Part shown: in pieces, positions 1-9,644 of the stretch | Numbering within the stretch: the first letter of the stretch is position 1 | How the letters are laid out: every line of letters starts with the position of its first letter | Origin: a virus | IMG/VR virus record: IMGVR_UViG_3300049893_002454 | Span: 32,001 to 96,000 of that record | DNA: 64,000 nt | Strand: one strand, 5' to 3' | Made by a program: the position numbers and the translations under genes | Notes under the pieces: generated by a model | The model's input: the letters and a program-made list of their open reading frames with translations, nothing else | What the model was told of the DNA's origin: nothing | Database searches by the model: none

Positions 1-2
1 TG

Positions 3-221
3 CAGAGCAAAAATCCAGAAGCACTTACGCATTTTGATAATCACTATAAGGTATTCGAACAAGTTCTACAGGATAATAATGCTATTTCGAGTTTGCTGGA
101 ATATATTATAAGAAATGATTTAGTGCAAGATCATATAAAGAAGCTGTTGTATGACTATAGAAGCATGCATAAGCCGTGCGGATTATATGTTTATATAGAG
201 ACGGATATGGAGTTTATGTGA
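3..221 (+). CDS. hypothetical protein, 5'-truncated by the window edge
   Basis: Open frame from base 3 (QSKNPEALTHFDNHY...) to TGA at 219-221; translated by eye, not in the ORF track. Confidence 0.55.
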   Translation, partial: QSKNPEALTHFDNHYKVFEQVLQDNNAISSLLEYIIRNDLVQDHIKKLLYDYRSMHKPCGLYVYIETDMEFM

Positions 222-1015
222 ATTCTTCAGATGAATCTGATATACTAGATGAATTTTTTGATATATATGGCAAGTACCTAGAGTTACAACGTGCAATAGA
301 AGTATGTAGGCCATACTTCTATGCTGCTGGCGGAGCAAAAACAGTCGATGACTTAATATTCATAGCAAGAGAGTACGCTACTGTAATCAATTCTCTGACA
401 GCTAGACACAGAGAATTGCTTACCTCGCCGCATATAATGGAATGGATGGGTGGTCAGATAGGTTCGATAGCGGAATTTTCATCAAATCTATTTTGGCCGA
501 AACCAGACAATCAAGATGACCAATTATTGTATGCCGATTTCTCAAACTATGTACTAAATGCACTCACATCAGATAATAACACTAAGCCTAATTTATTTCA
601 TGGACGTGAGTGGCATATAGTAAAGCATGATGAGAGCTTGAGTCGGGTTACCTTAGTTTGCCGCAACAAAGATACTCTAGAGTGGAATGGAGCATATGCG
701 CGATGGGATGAAGGGCGATTATGTCAAGTTGGATTCTATGAAAATGACGTACCGATATTCATAATTCACATATATAATGAGGGCGCATGCGAAGTAGTAT
801 GTCGCCCACCGCCCCAAGAGCTTATGCTGACAACGCAAAACATTGATCAAGTAGATAGTGATAATGGTGATGCTGATGATGAGTCCAACTACGAGTGGGG
901 TACAACATTAGCTGCTGCTTTAGGGGGCCTGGTATTAACATCAATAATAAAGCAAAGCAAGTCTGATAAGAAACAGATTAAAAACCGCAAAGTTATGCAG
1001 AAGCAGATAGTGTAA
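176..1015 (+). CDS. hypothetical protein with a C-terminal hydrophobic segment and basic tail
   Basis: 279-aa ORF; more likely start is GTG at 218 (GGAG upstream, overlapping the previous stop); WGTTLAAALGGLVLTSII followed by a Lys-rich tail. Confidence 0.6.
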   Translation: MRIICLYRDGYGVYVNSSDESDILDEFFDIYGKYLELQRAIEVCRPYFYAAGGAKTVDDLIFIAREYATVINSLTARHRELLTSPHIMEWMGGQIGSIAEFSSNLFWPKPDNQDDQLLYADFSNYVLNALTSDNNTKPNLFHGREWHIVKHDESLSRVTLVCRNKDTLEWNGAYARWDEGRLCQVGFYENDVPIFIIHIYNEGACEVVCRPPPQELMLTTQNIDQVDSDNGDADDESNYEWGTTLAAALGGLVLTSIIKQSKSDKKQIKNRKVMQKQIV

Positions 1016-1016
1016 T

Positions 1017-1580
1017 ATGTCATTAAAGAAAGATAAGACGAGTGCAAGTAAAATAGCGAAGTCAGCCAAGGTATTATGCAAGACTAAATGTGGGCGCAAG
1101 GGTGCTGTGGCAGACGGCTGGTGCTCAATATGCTTTGCTAAATATCAAAAAGGCAGGTTTACTTCTTCAGGAGAAATACATCCGGATGTAATACGCAAAC
1201 AGCGTATGATTGAAGAGAAGAAGAAAAAGCTAGAAGTCAAGCGCGCAAAGCGAAAACTTAGCATCATCAAAGAAGAACTGTCTAGCAAGCTAACATCATC
1301 AAAGCTAAAGATCCTAACAGAAAATTATCCAGATATGAATAAACCTAAATACTGTAAGTCTCTAGAATTCTGGACTTCAGATACAGTATGCTATTCTCGC
1401 TTATTTGTGACAAATAACAAGAAATGTGTAAAATGTAAGGTACATGATTCATCATTGGAGAATTTATTACAATTAACGGAGTGTGACTATGACGAAACCG
1501 CCGCGACTACCGCCACCAAAGATCAACACACAGCAAGCGACGCAATCAACACAGACAAATCCAGTACAGCCACCCTCTAA
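1017..1580 (+). CDS. basic Cys-rich hypothetical protein (possible Zn-binding)
   Basis: C-x3-C...C-x2-C and a second Cys cluster; Lys-rich; starts 1 nt after the previous stop. Confidence 0.6.
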   Translation: MSLKKDKTSASKIAKSAKVLCKTKCGRKGAVADGWCSICFAKYQKGRFTSSGEIHPDVIRKQRMIEEKKKKLEVKRAKRKLSIIKEELSSKLTSSKLKILTENYPDMNKPKYCKSLEFWTSDTVCYSRLFVTNNKKCVKCKVHDSSLENLLQLTECDYDETAATTATKDQHTASDAINTDKSSTATL

Positions 1581-1911
1581 TGAGGCCGAGGTAAAGGAGA
1601 AGCTGGAGAAGGCAAGAGTGGCTCTTCAGCATGCTATATTAGCATACAAGGATTTGTTACAGAAGACCCAGCTATCCGCAAATAGATCTACTGAAGATAC
1701 TCGTCTAAGAAATAAGGTGATTGTTGATATACATGATTTGTCTGGTCAGCTGGATTTCTTAAATGCAGGAGAGGGTTTGATGACAATGTGCATTACCGCA
1801 CTACACTCTAGCTTACTATTAAAGGATGAAATCAACGATCTGAAGTTTCAAAATGCTATTTTAAATAAGAAGATTAAATCTATAGCTAGTGATAAAGAGG
1901 TTTCTGGGTGA
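1483..1911 (+). CDS. hypothetical coiled-coil protein
   Basis: 142-aa ORF (likely ATG at 1489 after GGAG); stop overlaps the next start (GTGA). Confidence 0.65.
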   Translation: MTMTKPPRLPPPKINTQQATQSTQTNPVQPPSNEAEVKEKLEKARVALQHAILAYKDLLQKTQLSANRSTEDTRLRNKVIVDIHDLSGQLDFLNAGEGLMTMCITALHSSLLLKDEINDLKFQNAILNKKIKSIASDKEVSG

Positions 1912-2483
1912 ATGGATGGCTCTCTGAAGATGAGAATAAAGCTATACGCAGCCAATTAGCTCAATCATTGTCGTTTGAGTCTGTTGCACATAGATACTCT
2001 AGTCATGTAGAATCAGTTAATTCAGTTTCATGGACACATAAATGCACATGCCCTTTCCACAAAGGTGGCAGTGAACGGACCCCCTCGCTTAATTTCTCAG
2101 ATACAGAAAAGACATTTTTTTGCTATGGCTGCTCTGCTAGGGGCGATATATTTGATTTTATAGGAATGATTCGCGGTTCACCGGGAAGCGCAGTAGCAGA
2201 TAGATACCGTGAATCAAAAAACATTTCAATAGACTTATCCGCTACTAAAGTTACGAAGCCAAGAATAAATATCCACGAGTTCAATATTCAATTAAGTGTA
2301 GCATTTAGAGATTACCTTTCTTCATTGAGTGACTATTTGACATTATGCGCTGAGATCGAATGGGCAGAGAGTGTATTTAAACGCATAGACGAGCGATTTT
2401 CCAAGTTGACTGATGAGGATGTCGACCAAGTTAGAAATTTTTCATCACAGATACTAGTTGAGCTTGAACGGAGAAGGATATGA
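1908..2483 (+). CDS. stand-alone CHC2 zinc-finger protein (DnaG primase Zn-binding-domain-like)
   Basis: CPFH...ERTPS...FFCYGC...GDIFDF matches the DnaG CHC2 zinc-binding domain; no TOPRIM domain follows. Confidence 0.85.
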   Translation: MNGWLSEDENKAIRSQLAQSLSFESVAHRYSSHVESVNSVSWTHKCTCPFHKGGSERTPSLNFSDTEKTFFCYGCSARGDIFDFIGMIRGSPGSAVADRYRESKNISIDLSATKVTKPRINIHEFNIQLSVAFRDYLSSLSDYLTLCAEIEWAESVFKRIDERFSKLTDEDVDQVRNFSSQILVELERRRI

Positions 2484-3703
2484 GTGTAAAGTTAGGCGTG
2501 ATAGGAGATGTTCATTTAGGTGCCAATCAGTGGGCCGGTAGACAACATCCTTCTTTAAATGTCAATACTAGATTAATAGACTATGCCGAGACACTCGATA
2601 TTACGATAGATGAGATGGTAGTCTCAGGTGTCACAGAAATTATATTTACTGGCGATATCTTTGAGCACAGGTTCCCATCAATTGTTCAACAAAAGATATT
2701 CTCACAAAGCCTACATCGTGCACTTTCAAATGGTATTGAGCGCATTCATATTGTAATTGGAAATCATGACCAGCAGCGAATTCATGACACCACAACGTTG
2801 TCCTACCTTAAAGAATTAAACTTACCAAATATACGCGTATATGATGAGATGTCACTGCAAACTATAAAGTGGTTCGACAAACCCATTGCTAATCTAATAC
2901 TTATGCCATATCGAGATAGATTATGGTTAGAGCAGGATACGCATGCCGGGGCTATAGAAGTGCTTCAGTCGAACCTAAATGCCATCATGTCCATAAGAAA
3001 CAATATACTCCCTACTATTCTCATTGGTCATATGACTATTGAAGGCACGTTCGTAGATGAAGGCTATAAGGATATGTATGGGGAAAATCAGCTAACATTG
3101 CCAAAAAGTATGTTTGATGGCATAAACGTTACAATTATGGGTCACATACACAAACCAGATATTATTAGCGATTCCCCGTATATCGCTTATATTGGCTCAA
3201 TGGAAAAGCGCGGCGGTTTTGAAGATCATGATAAATTATATGCAATCATAGACTTAGAAACCGCCAATGTGGAATATCGAAGGGAGCCATGTAGAAATAT
3301 GTGGGACATGTCTCTAGACTACACATCTCTTATTGTCGGCGAGCAGTTGATGGACAGAGTGCGTTCTGACATAGCCCATTATGCACAGCATCATGAATTG
3401 GCCCACAGTATAGTGCGTCCAGTTATTAGAATCTGTGCAGAAGATGAGCAGTTTCTCGATTCACGCTCTGTCATTTCCCATTTAAAGGATATGTATCATG
3501 TACACTTCTGCACAGAAATTAAGCCGGAAATAATGACATCACGCCAATCAAGAGATGATAGAATTACAGAAGATATCTCTCATGTGCATGCATTGCGTAT
3601 GCATCTAGAAAATTCTATCGAAGATGCCGACATGCGTCGGCTACTCATAGATGCTGGGGCAGAGATAATACGTGCAACAGGAGATGGAAATGCTCCCCAT
3701 TAG
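2480..3703 (+). CDS. sbcD: Mre11/SbcD-family metallophosphoesterase nuclease
   Basis: Motifs GDVHLG, TGDIF, GNHD, GH, GHIH, YIGS; directly upstream of a Rad50-like gene. Confidence 0.93.
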   Translation: MSVKLGVIGDVHLGANQWAGRQHPSLNVNTRLIDYAETLDITIDEMVVSGVTEIIFTGDIFEHRFPSIVQQKIFSQSLHRALSNGIERIHIVIGNHDQQRIHDTTTLSYLKELNLPNIRVYDEMSLQTIKWFDKPIANLILMPYRDRLWLEQDTHAGAIEVLQSNLNAIMSIRNNILPTILIGHMTIEGTFVDEGYKDMYGENQLTLPKSMFDGINVTIMGHIHKPDIISDSPYIAYIGSMEKRGGFEDHDKLYAIIDLETANVEYRREPCRNMWDMSLDYTSLIVGEQLMDRVRSDIAHYAQHHELAHSIVRPVIRICAEDEQFLDSRSVISHLKDMYHVHFCTEIKPEIMTSRQSRDDRITEDISHVHALRMHLENSIEDADMRRLLIDAGAEIIRATGDGNAPH

Positions 3704-5795
3704 ACTAGAATTACGTAATTTCAAAAGCCACACGCATTCAGTCATAGACTTTAATTTCTCATCTGCTCTAGTTATCGGAGAGAAGTCAGGAGATCCAAGA
3801 AGGTCTAACGGTAGCGGCAAATCATCGCTACTAGAGTCACTATCATTTGCTTTATATGGGGAGTCTGGCGATAAAAGTGCAGATGATGTAGTTAAGAAGG
3901 GGCAAATTACTTGCGAGGTGATATTAGATTTCACTCATGATGGTCAAACGTACCAGATAAAAAGAACACGCAATGCAAAATATTCAAAAATGATTACTGA
4001 ATTTTGGCGTGTTGTCGATGATGGCCGGCGGGAAAAATTACATGGGGACACTAATTCAAATACCAATGCAATTATATGTGATACTATTAAATGTACCTAT
4101 AATGTTTTTTTAAATTCTGTCTATTTTAGACAGGGTTCATTTTTTGACTTTACACAAGGAACATTCTCTACTAGGCAGGCCTTATTAAGTTCATTGTTAA
4201 ATTTAGAAGATTGGGCCAAATATCAGAAGGTTGCTAAGGCAAAATTCGATAGATTAGATGGTGAGATAGAGGCAACTAGGAATAGCCTGCTTCGCTCTGA
4301 GTCGGCAGAGGCTTCATTACGCGCATCGCAAGATGCGTTAATAGATGTCACTACGCAGATAGATGTAATAAATTCAGAAAATGCAGATCTTGAAGGGCAG
4401 ATACTTGCTTTAGAGGAAGCCATCATCTCTGACTCGGATAGGGGTCGTCAAGCCTCAAAAATAAAAGAATTAGAAATTGAACATGCAAGATTAAATAAAG
4501 AACTCAAACGTCTTATTGACATGCGTCATGCCTACGACTCTACGTTAGTCGAATTAAATAGCTCGCTGACCTCACAAAAGAATTCTATAGCAGACAAGGA
4601 AGCCAAGATTGCTACATTAACAAGTGAATTAGCTGATGCAAATATTGATTTGCGTAAAAGCGATATTGTTCGGATGGAATCATCATTAGTTGACGGGAAG
4701 GCGAAGACTAGACAAATACATACTCAAATAGAAACTTTAACTAGCGGAGATCAATGCATCACTTGTGGGCACGAATGGACAGATTTAGGGTCAAAGCAAG
4801 CAGAATTAACATTGAGACAGTCAGACCTTGATTCATTATTGGCAAAAATACAGCGTGCTGAAGGCAAACTAGCTGCGGCAAGGTCAGATCTGGAGAAGAT
4901 ATTAAGGAAATCAGCTGATTTAAAGATGCTACAATTACAGCTACCAGCCCTCAATGATGGTATGAATACCTTGCTGCTAAGGATAGCTTCCACCAGTGGA
5001 CAGCGCTCTGCAATGCTGGAAGACATACTTATTGTCGAGAAAAGACTAGAGGAGACTAGTTCTGCGTTAGGTTCAATTTCAGATTTAGAATTATTAGATT
5101 CATATGCAGAAAAGCTACAGCAGCTTACTGGCAATAAAGATAGGCTTAAGGAAAATGTTGAGCGCGCGCGTGCATTGTTTATGAGGAGCGGTCAGTTAAC
5201 TGCCCAAATTGAGGCATTGCAGTCAGTTCTTGAGTCTAGAAATAGAGAGATTAGTCATCTTGATGACTGCATCAAGCAGGCTACAGTATACGGTCAGTTA
5301 ACTAAGGCTTTCGGTAAGGATGGGGTTCAGGCGATTATCATTGACAATGTCGTTGATGAGCTTACTAGAGCTGCAAATGCATGGCTATCTGAATTCTCAA
5401 GTGAACCAATGCACCTATCATTCGTCACACAAAAGCAGGGAACCAAGGGAGAATGGAAGGAGACATTTGATATTGAGATTAATACGCGAAATGGACCACA
5501 GGCGTGGCACTCGCTAAGTGGCGGGGAGAAATTTATAGTCTCATTTGCGATACGGTTGGCTATAGGCTCGATTCAGGCCCGTAGAATGGGTGGTGCCACA
5601 CAACTGCTTTTATTAGACGAAGTTAGCTCTAGCCTAGATCCATATAATATAGACGTATTTGTTACAATTATTCGTAAACTAGAAAAACATATGAAGATCA
5701 TGGTTATTACTCATGATCCTGCACTGAAGGATGAGTTTGAAACTATAATTACAGTCAAAAGGACGCATTCTGGCAGTGAGGTGGAGATATCATAA
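3672..5795 (+). CDS. sbcC: Rad50/SbcC-family SMC-like ATPase
   Basis: LELRNFKSH, Walker A NGSGKSS, Q-loop FRQG, coiled coil with CITC zinc hook, signature LSGGE, Walker B LLLDE, H-loop ITHD; likely start ATG 3690. Confidence 0.95.
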   Translation: MQQEMEMLPIRLELRNFKSHTHSVIDFNFSSALVIGEKSGDPRRSNGSGKSSLLESLSFALYGESGDKSADDVVKKGQITCEVILDFTHDGQTYQIKRTRNAKYSKMITEFWRVVDDGRREKLHGDTNSNTNAIICDTIKCTYNVFLNSVYFRQGSFFDFTQGTFSTRQALLSSLLNLEDWAKYQKVAKAKFDRLDGEIEATRNSLLRSESAEASLRASQDALIDVTTQIDVINSENADLEGQILALEEAIISDSDRGRQASKIKELEIEHARLNKELKRLIDMRHAYDSTLVELNSSLTSQKNSIADKEAKIATLTSELADANIDLRKSDIVRMESSLVDGKAKTRQIHTQIETLTSGDQCITCGHEWTDLGSKQAELTLRQSDLDSLLAKIQRAEGKLAAARSDLEKILRKSADLKMLQLQLPALNDGMNTLLLRIASTSGQRSAMLEDILIVEKRLEETSSALGSISDLELLDSYAEKLQQLTGNKDRLKENVERARALFMRSGQLTAQIEALQSVLESRNREISHLDDCIKQATVYGQLTKAFGKDGVQAIIIDNVVDELTRAANAWLSEFSSEPMHLSFVTQKQGTKGEWKETFDIEINTRNGPQAWHSLSGGEKFIVSFAIRLAIGSIQARRMGGATQLLLLDEVSSSLDPYNIDVFVTIIRKLEKHMKIMVITHDPALKDEFETIITVKRTHSGSEVEIS

Positions 5796-5946
5796 TCTAC
5801 GCATGAAATACAATAACCTTAGCAAATAGACTGTTAGGCCGGGCCAAGTATAAAGCAGGGTAGTTCCAGTTTTAGATTCTGGAATAGGTTACCTTTAATG
5901 GATGTTTTAAAAATGATTAAAGCAGGATATTTATACAGGTTCGACT

Positions 5947-6282
5947 ATGATACTAAATACAAATTACAAAATATCAGATATAACACTGAATCAATTTTGT
6001 GCTACCATTTCAAAATTGGGATTTGAAGTGGCATTTGACATTTCACTAGAACGCGCCATAAGAGATATTAGAGAGAATCCAAATAGTATTATAATTACCG
6101 AATCACTATCTTGGAGTTATCATCTTAGCCGGCAGGCAGCAGATTCCACTAATCTAGAGTCTAAACGTAAATATGCAGATGCGGCTATATTTTTTAGAAA
6201 ATTAGCGCATCACGTATATTGGGTGGCCGAGAGAGAGCATCTTGTGTGTAGAAATCCAATATTTATACAGGCAGTTAAATGA
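5947..6282 (+). CDS. hypothetical protein
   Basis: 111-aa ORF; stop overlaps the next start (ATGA). Confidence 0.6.
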   Translation: MILNTNYKISDITLNQFCATISKLGFEVAFDISLERAIRDIRENPNSIIITESLSWSYHLSRQAADSTNLESKRKYADAAIFFRKLAHHVYWVAEREHLVCRNPIFIQAVK

Positions 6283-7169
6283 TCATTATATCTCTGTTGC
6301 CATCAGATACAGAAATAATCTCAGGTATACCACAACAGGTTGAGATTTCAACAAATATTCCATCAACCATATATTATACACTAGACGGAACTCTGCCTAC
6401 GCCATTATCTAGTGTATATACCGAAGCAGTTAAGCTACCTACCTCTGTAGGTATGGTGACTGTGAGCGCTATAGCATATTATTTCGATGGCTATGCTACT
6501 GTCCCAAGCGCCGTGCTGACGCAAACGTACGGCACAGATAACACCGATCTTCAGCGGACAAGATATGTATTTTTCGAAGGTATAGTTTACTCATATCCTG
6601 GTGGAGCTGATATTCCATTGTATTATGATTTTGCTGGCGATCCTGTATTTTACATAGATATCCCTCTAAGTGAATTAGATATGATACAACCGGAAACATT
6701 GCCCGACGGTACGATTGTAGGCACTGATAACCAGATTCAACAATTATCACAGGAGTATACTGGATCGATTATCGATGATTCAGTGATCATGCATTCATCG
6801 GCAAACAATCAAACATCAGTCAGAACCGATGCAATGTACTTTCTGATAGATGGCCGCAGTTCTGCTGAAAATAGCCTATCTGTCAATATAATGAATGGAC
6901 CGCATATGTCACTGCGAGATTCTAGAACATTATGGGGAGGGATTGACTATATTTCATTGGGAACATCGGCTTATATTAGCGGATCAGCAACGAGATATCA
7001 TTATAATAGAGATAAAAATGTTATTGTCTTTTCCTACTTCGACTCATCTAGTGGTAGATGGGTGAAGTCAATTCAGGACTTACCGCCCGCACAAACCAAT
7101 TTGCCGCGCCCCCACTTTAGTAACCCGCATGTGTTTAAATGGTTTCAGTACGGCAGACATCAAAGCTAA
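6279..7169 (+). CDS. protein with an N-terminal Fn3-associated / chitobiase C-terminal-like beta domain
   Basis: IYYTLDGTLPT...VYTEAV motif typical of CHB_HEX_C/Fn3_assoc domains. Confidence 0.65.
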   Translation: MIIISLLPSDTEIISGIPQQVEISTNIPSTIYYTLDGTLPTPLSSVYTEAVKLPTSVGMVTVSAIAYYFDGYATVPSAVLTQTYGTDNTDLQRTRYVFFEGIVYSYPGGADIPLYYDFAGDPVFYIDIPLSELDMIQPETLPDGTIVGTDNQIQQLSQEYTGSIIDDSVIMHSSANNQTSVRTDAMYFLIDGRSSAENSLSVNIMNGPHMSLRDSRTLWGGIDYISLGTSAYISGSATRYHYNRDKNVIVFSYFDSSSGRWVKSIQDLPPAQTNLPRPHFSNPHVFKWFQYGRHQS

Positions 7170-8826
7170 GGTAGGTATGCTAGTTAAAAGTGATAAACTA
7201 AAGATTTCAGCATCTGCAATTAAGACGTATACGCAGTGCCCCAGAAAATATTATTATACATATATAGAGCGACTTCCAAAAAAGAAGTGGCCCCACATTG
7301 ATTTGGGTAATTTCGTTCATGCTGTATTAGAAGCATTTCATAATTTACTTAGAGATAATCCGCGTGGAGAAGAGGAGTGGGGCAATGTCCTAAAGGATAT
7401 TTGTCGTAATACTTTAAAGAAGCATCCTTTAACCAAAGAGCAGAGAAAGCAAGCAACTGCCATGCTGGACACATATCTATCTAAATTGCGCTCTGATGGA
7501 TTACCCAAAGTAATATGTAATGAGAAATCATTTACCATAGAACTTGCTGGTGATATAGTATTGCGTGGATTTATAGATAGAGTGGATCAGATTGATGGTG
7601 GCGTAGAAATTGTTGATTATAAGGGGCTTGCTATTGATACTGCGATTCCTACTCCATCAGGATGGGCTACTATGGGAAGTCTATCTGTTGGTGATATGGT
7701 ACTAGGAAGCGATGGAAGCCCAACGCAAGTGATGGCAAAGTCGCAGGTACATAATAGACCGTGCTATAGGCTAGAATTTTCCGATAATTACAGTATAGTG
7801 TGCGATAATGTTCATCTATGGAAGGTAATTTTTAGAGACACAGATAATGGCAATGAGGTCTCTGATATCATTGACGCAGAAGCGCTATGCCACATCTATG
7901 AGAACAATAAGCACATTCTTATAGATATATCTAACCATAGAGGCATTGATTTGCCAGAATCAGAACTACCATTCAGTCCTCGTATGCTAGGAGAGTATAT
8001 TGGTAGGACTTGTGATGATTTACATGCATCTAATCTGACAAATATTAAATTGAGTGAAATGCTTATAGAAAGTGATGGCGCTATACCATTAAAATATCTT
8101 AGAGGTTCTCGCAGTCAGCGTATTGAATTACTAACCGGATTGATGGATCACGGTGGATCATGGGATAAGGCTACAAAGCGAGTCTCATTCACTACATCAA
8201 ATCCAGCTCTGCTAGATTCTGTAAGTGAGCTACTGCATACCTTTGGGATTACATTATATGGCGATGACGAAATTAATACTATTAGCTTCACGCCGACTAC
8301 ATTTAATCCGTTCAATATATCATCTTATACACATATGGTAGACGGGTTTCTAAAAACAAGAGATTGGCACGTACCAACAGTCGATCGACGCACCCTGACA
8401 AATATCACTAAGATTGACAGCGTACCAACGCAATGTATTTCAGTTGCCTCAGCAGATTCACTATACTTATGTGGTGATTCATTTATATTAACGCATAATA
8501 CTGGAAAGTCTAAGTATCTTGACGAATTTCAATTACTCGTATATGCTTTGGCAATATGGCATGAAGATCCTAATATGGAGCGTATAAAAGGTTCTTATAT
8601 AGTATTAGGAGAGGGTTCTAAGCCTATTCATTACACTATTTCTAAGACGGATGCGGACAGATGTGTTGGGGAAATTATTAAAGTAGCAAATCAAATTCGC
8701 TCCGACTTAAGTTGGGAGACGCGCCCCACTAGGCTATGTTCGTATTGTGACTTCCAAGCAGCATGTCCTGCTACCAAACAGGCTGATTTTAGTAGCTGGG
8801 GAAATGCCATTACGGAGATAGAATGA
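7129..8826 (+). CDS. PD-(D/E)xK nuclease (RecB/AddB/Cas4-like, four-Cys Fe-S type) interrupted by an intein
   Basis: ISASAIKTYTQCPRKYYY, GNFVHAVLE, LRGFIDRVD, IVDYK|TG, QLLVYA, C-terminal CSYCDFQAACP; likely start ATG 7177. Confidence 0.88.
   Translation: MCLNGFSTADIKAKVGMLVKSDKLKISASAIKTYTQCPRKYYYTYIERLPKKKWPHIDLGNFVHAVLEAFHNLLRDNPRGEEEWGNVLKDICRNTLKKHPLTKEQRKQATAMLDTYLSKLRSDGLPKVICNEKSFTIELAGDIVLRGFIDRVDQIDGGVEIVDYKGLAIDTAIPTPSGWATMGSLSVGDMVLGSDGSPTQVMAKSQVHNRPCYRLEFSDNYSIVCDNVHLWKVIFRDTDNGNEVSDIIDAEALCHIYENNKHILIDISNHRGIDLPESELPFSPRMLGEYIGRTCDDLHASNLTNIKLSEMLIESDGAIPLKYLRGSRSQRIELLTGLMDHGGSWDKATKRVSFTTSNPALLDSVSELLHTFGITLYGDDEINTISFTPTTFNPFNISSYTHMVDGFLKTRDWHVPTVDRRTLTNITKIDSVPTQCISVASADSLYLCGDSFILTHNTGKSKYLDEFQLLVYALAIWHEDPNMERIKGSYIVLGEGSKPIHYTISKTDADRCVGEIIKVANQIRSDLSWETRPTRLCSYCDFQAACPATKQADFSSWGNAITEIE
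7624..8499 (+). mobile_element. class 3-type intein (292 aa, Gly at position 1) with degenerate LAGLIDADG remnant
   Basis: Removing GLAIDTAIPTPSGW...SFILTHN restores DYK-TGKS; block B HLW, block F TQCISV, block G LTHN, +1 Thr; LLTGLMDHGGS resembles a decayed LAGLIDADG motif. Confidence 0.88.
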
Positions 8827-9644
8827 ATCAGTATGAAGTTACATATGGCATAGATTCTGGTCGCAAATGGATTTCTGGTCATATACCGATGAAGAGCGGT
8901 ATAGTACTTTTTATCGATACACGTACCGGGGTTGGCATAGATCAGATATATAAGTACATATCTGATTTTATACGCTACCAAGCAAGACAGATGACTATAC
9001 CATCGTATAGTACAGAAGATTTGATTCAGGAGCTGACCGTAATCGCACTGGCGGCCATTCCAGACTATTCAATTGAAAAATCTGCAAATATGCTTACTTT
9101 TCTACAGAACCATATAAAAAATAGAATGGTTAATATATACAAGCATGCAACTGAGAAATGTCGGACAGCAACACATGGTACATATAGATTTTGTAAGACA
9201 AAGTGTCCATATTGCGAACATACTTTTATCTTTGATGACAATGTTGGTATGCCATCCTGTTGTGTACGCTGCAATGCAGATACGTCGATCGGTAGGTGGA
9301 AGGCTTACCCTATTCCAGTCCCTGTGTTGTCAGCCGATGAGGAGATTCATCTGCAAGATGGAGGGAGAACCACTATTAGCGAATGTGCTTCACCAGAAGA
9401 TGTATCAATACTGGGATTTAGAGCGGTGGATCCAGAAGTAGATGTAGTTAATAACCTATCAATAAATAGCATAATTGATGGGCTTGAGCCCTCTACACAG
9501 CATATAATTAATCTTTTTTTGGAGGGCAGGACTTTATTTGAGATCTCTGCAGCAGTTAGATTATCCACATCTGCTATCAAAGCCAGGCTGCAGTCGCTGT
9601 CCAAAAATAAAGAACTGCTAGAATCCTTAGGTAAGGATGAATGA
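8823..9644 (+). CDS. sigma-70-family-like transcription factor with an inserted Zn ribbon
   Basis: Region-2-like EDLIQEL...DY...TFLQNHIKNRMVN; CPYC/CVRC pair; C-terminal region-4-like HTH (EGRTLFEISAAVRLSTSAIKARL). Confidence 0.7.
   Translation: MNQYEVTYGIDSGRKWISGHIPMKSGIVLFIDTRTGVGIDQIYKYISDFIRYQARQMTIPSYSTEDLIQELTVIALAAIPDYSIEKSANMLTFLQNHIKNRMVNIYKHATEKCRTATHGTYRFCKTKCPYCEHTFIFDDNVGMPSCCVRCNADTSIGRWKAYPIPVPVLSADEEIHLQDGGRTTISECASPEDVSILGFRAVDPEVDVVNNLSINSIIDGLEPSTQHIINLFLEGRTLFEISAAVRLSTSAIKARLQSLSKNKELLESLGKDE

Noticed and set aside
5796-5946. Structured RNA or small gene in the gap after sbcC (TTCCAG/CTGGAA inverted repeat)
   Set aside because: Short imperfect stem, no U-tract, no convincing ORF or recognisable RNA family
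7129-8826. CRISPR-associated Cas4 / CRISPR system
   Set aside because: No cas1/cas2 or repeat-spacer array seen; stand-alone nucleases of this type are common in phage replication modules
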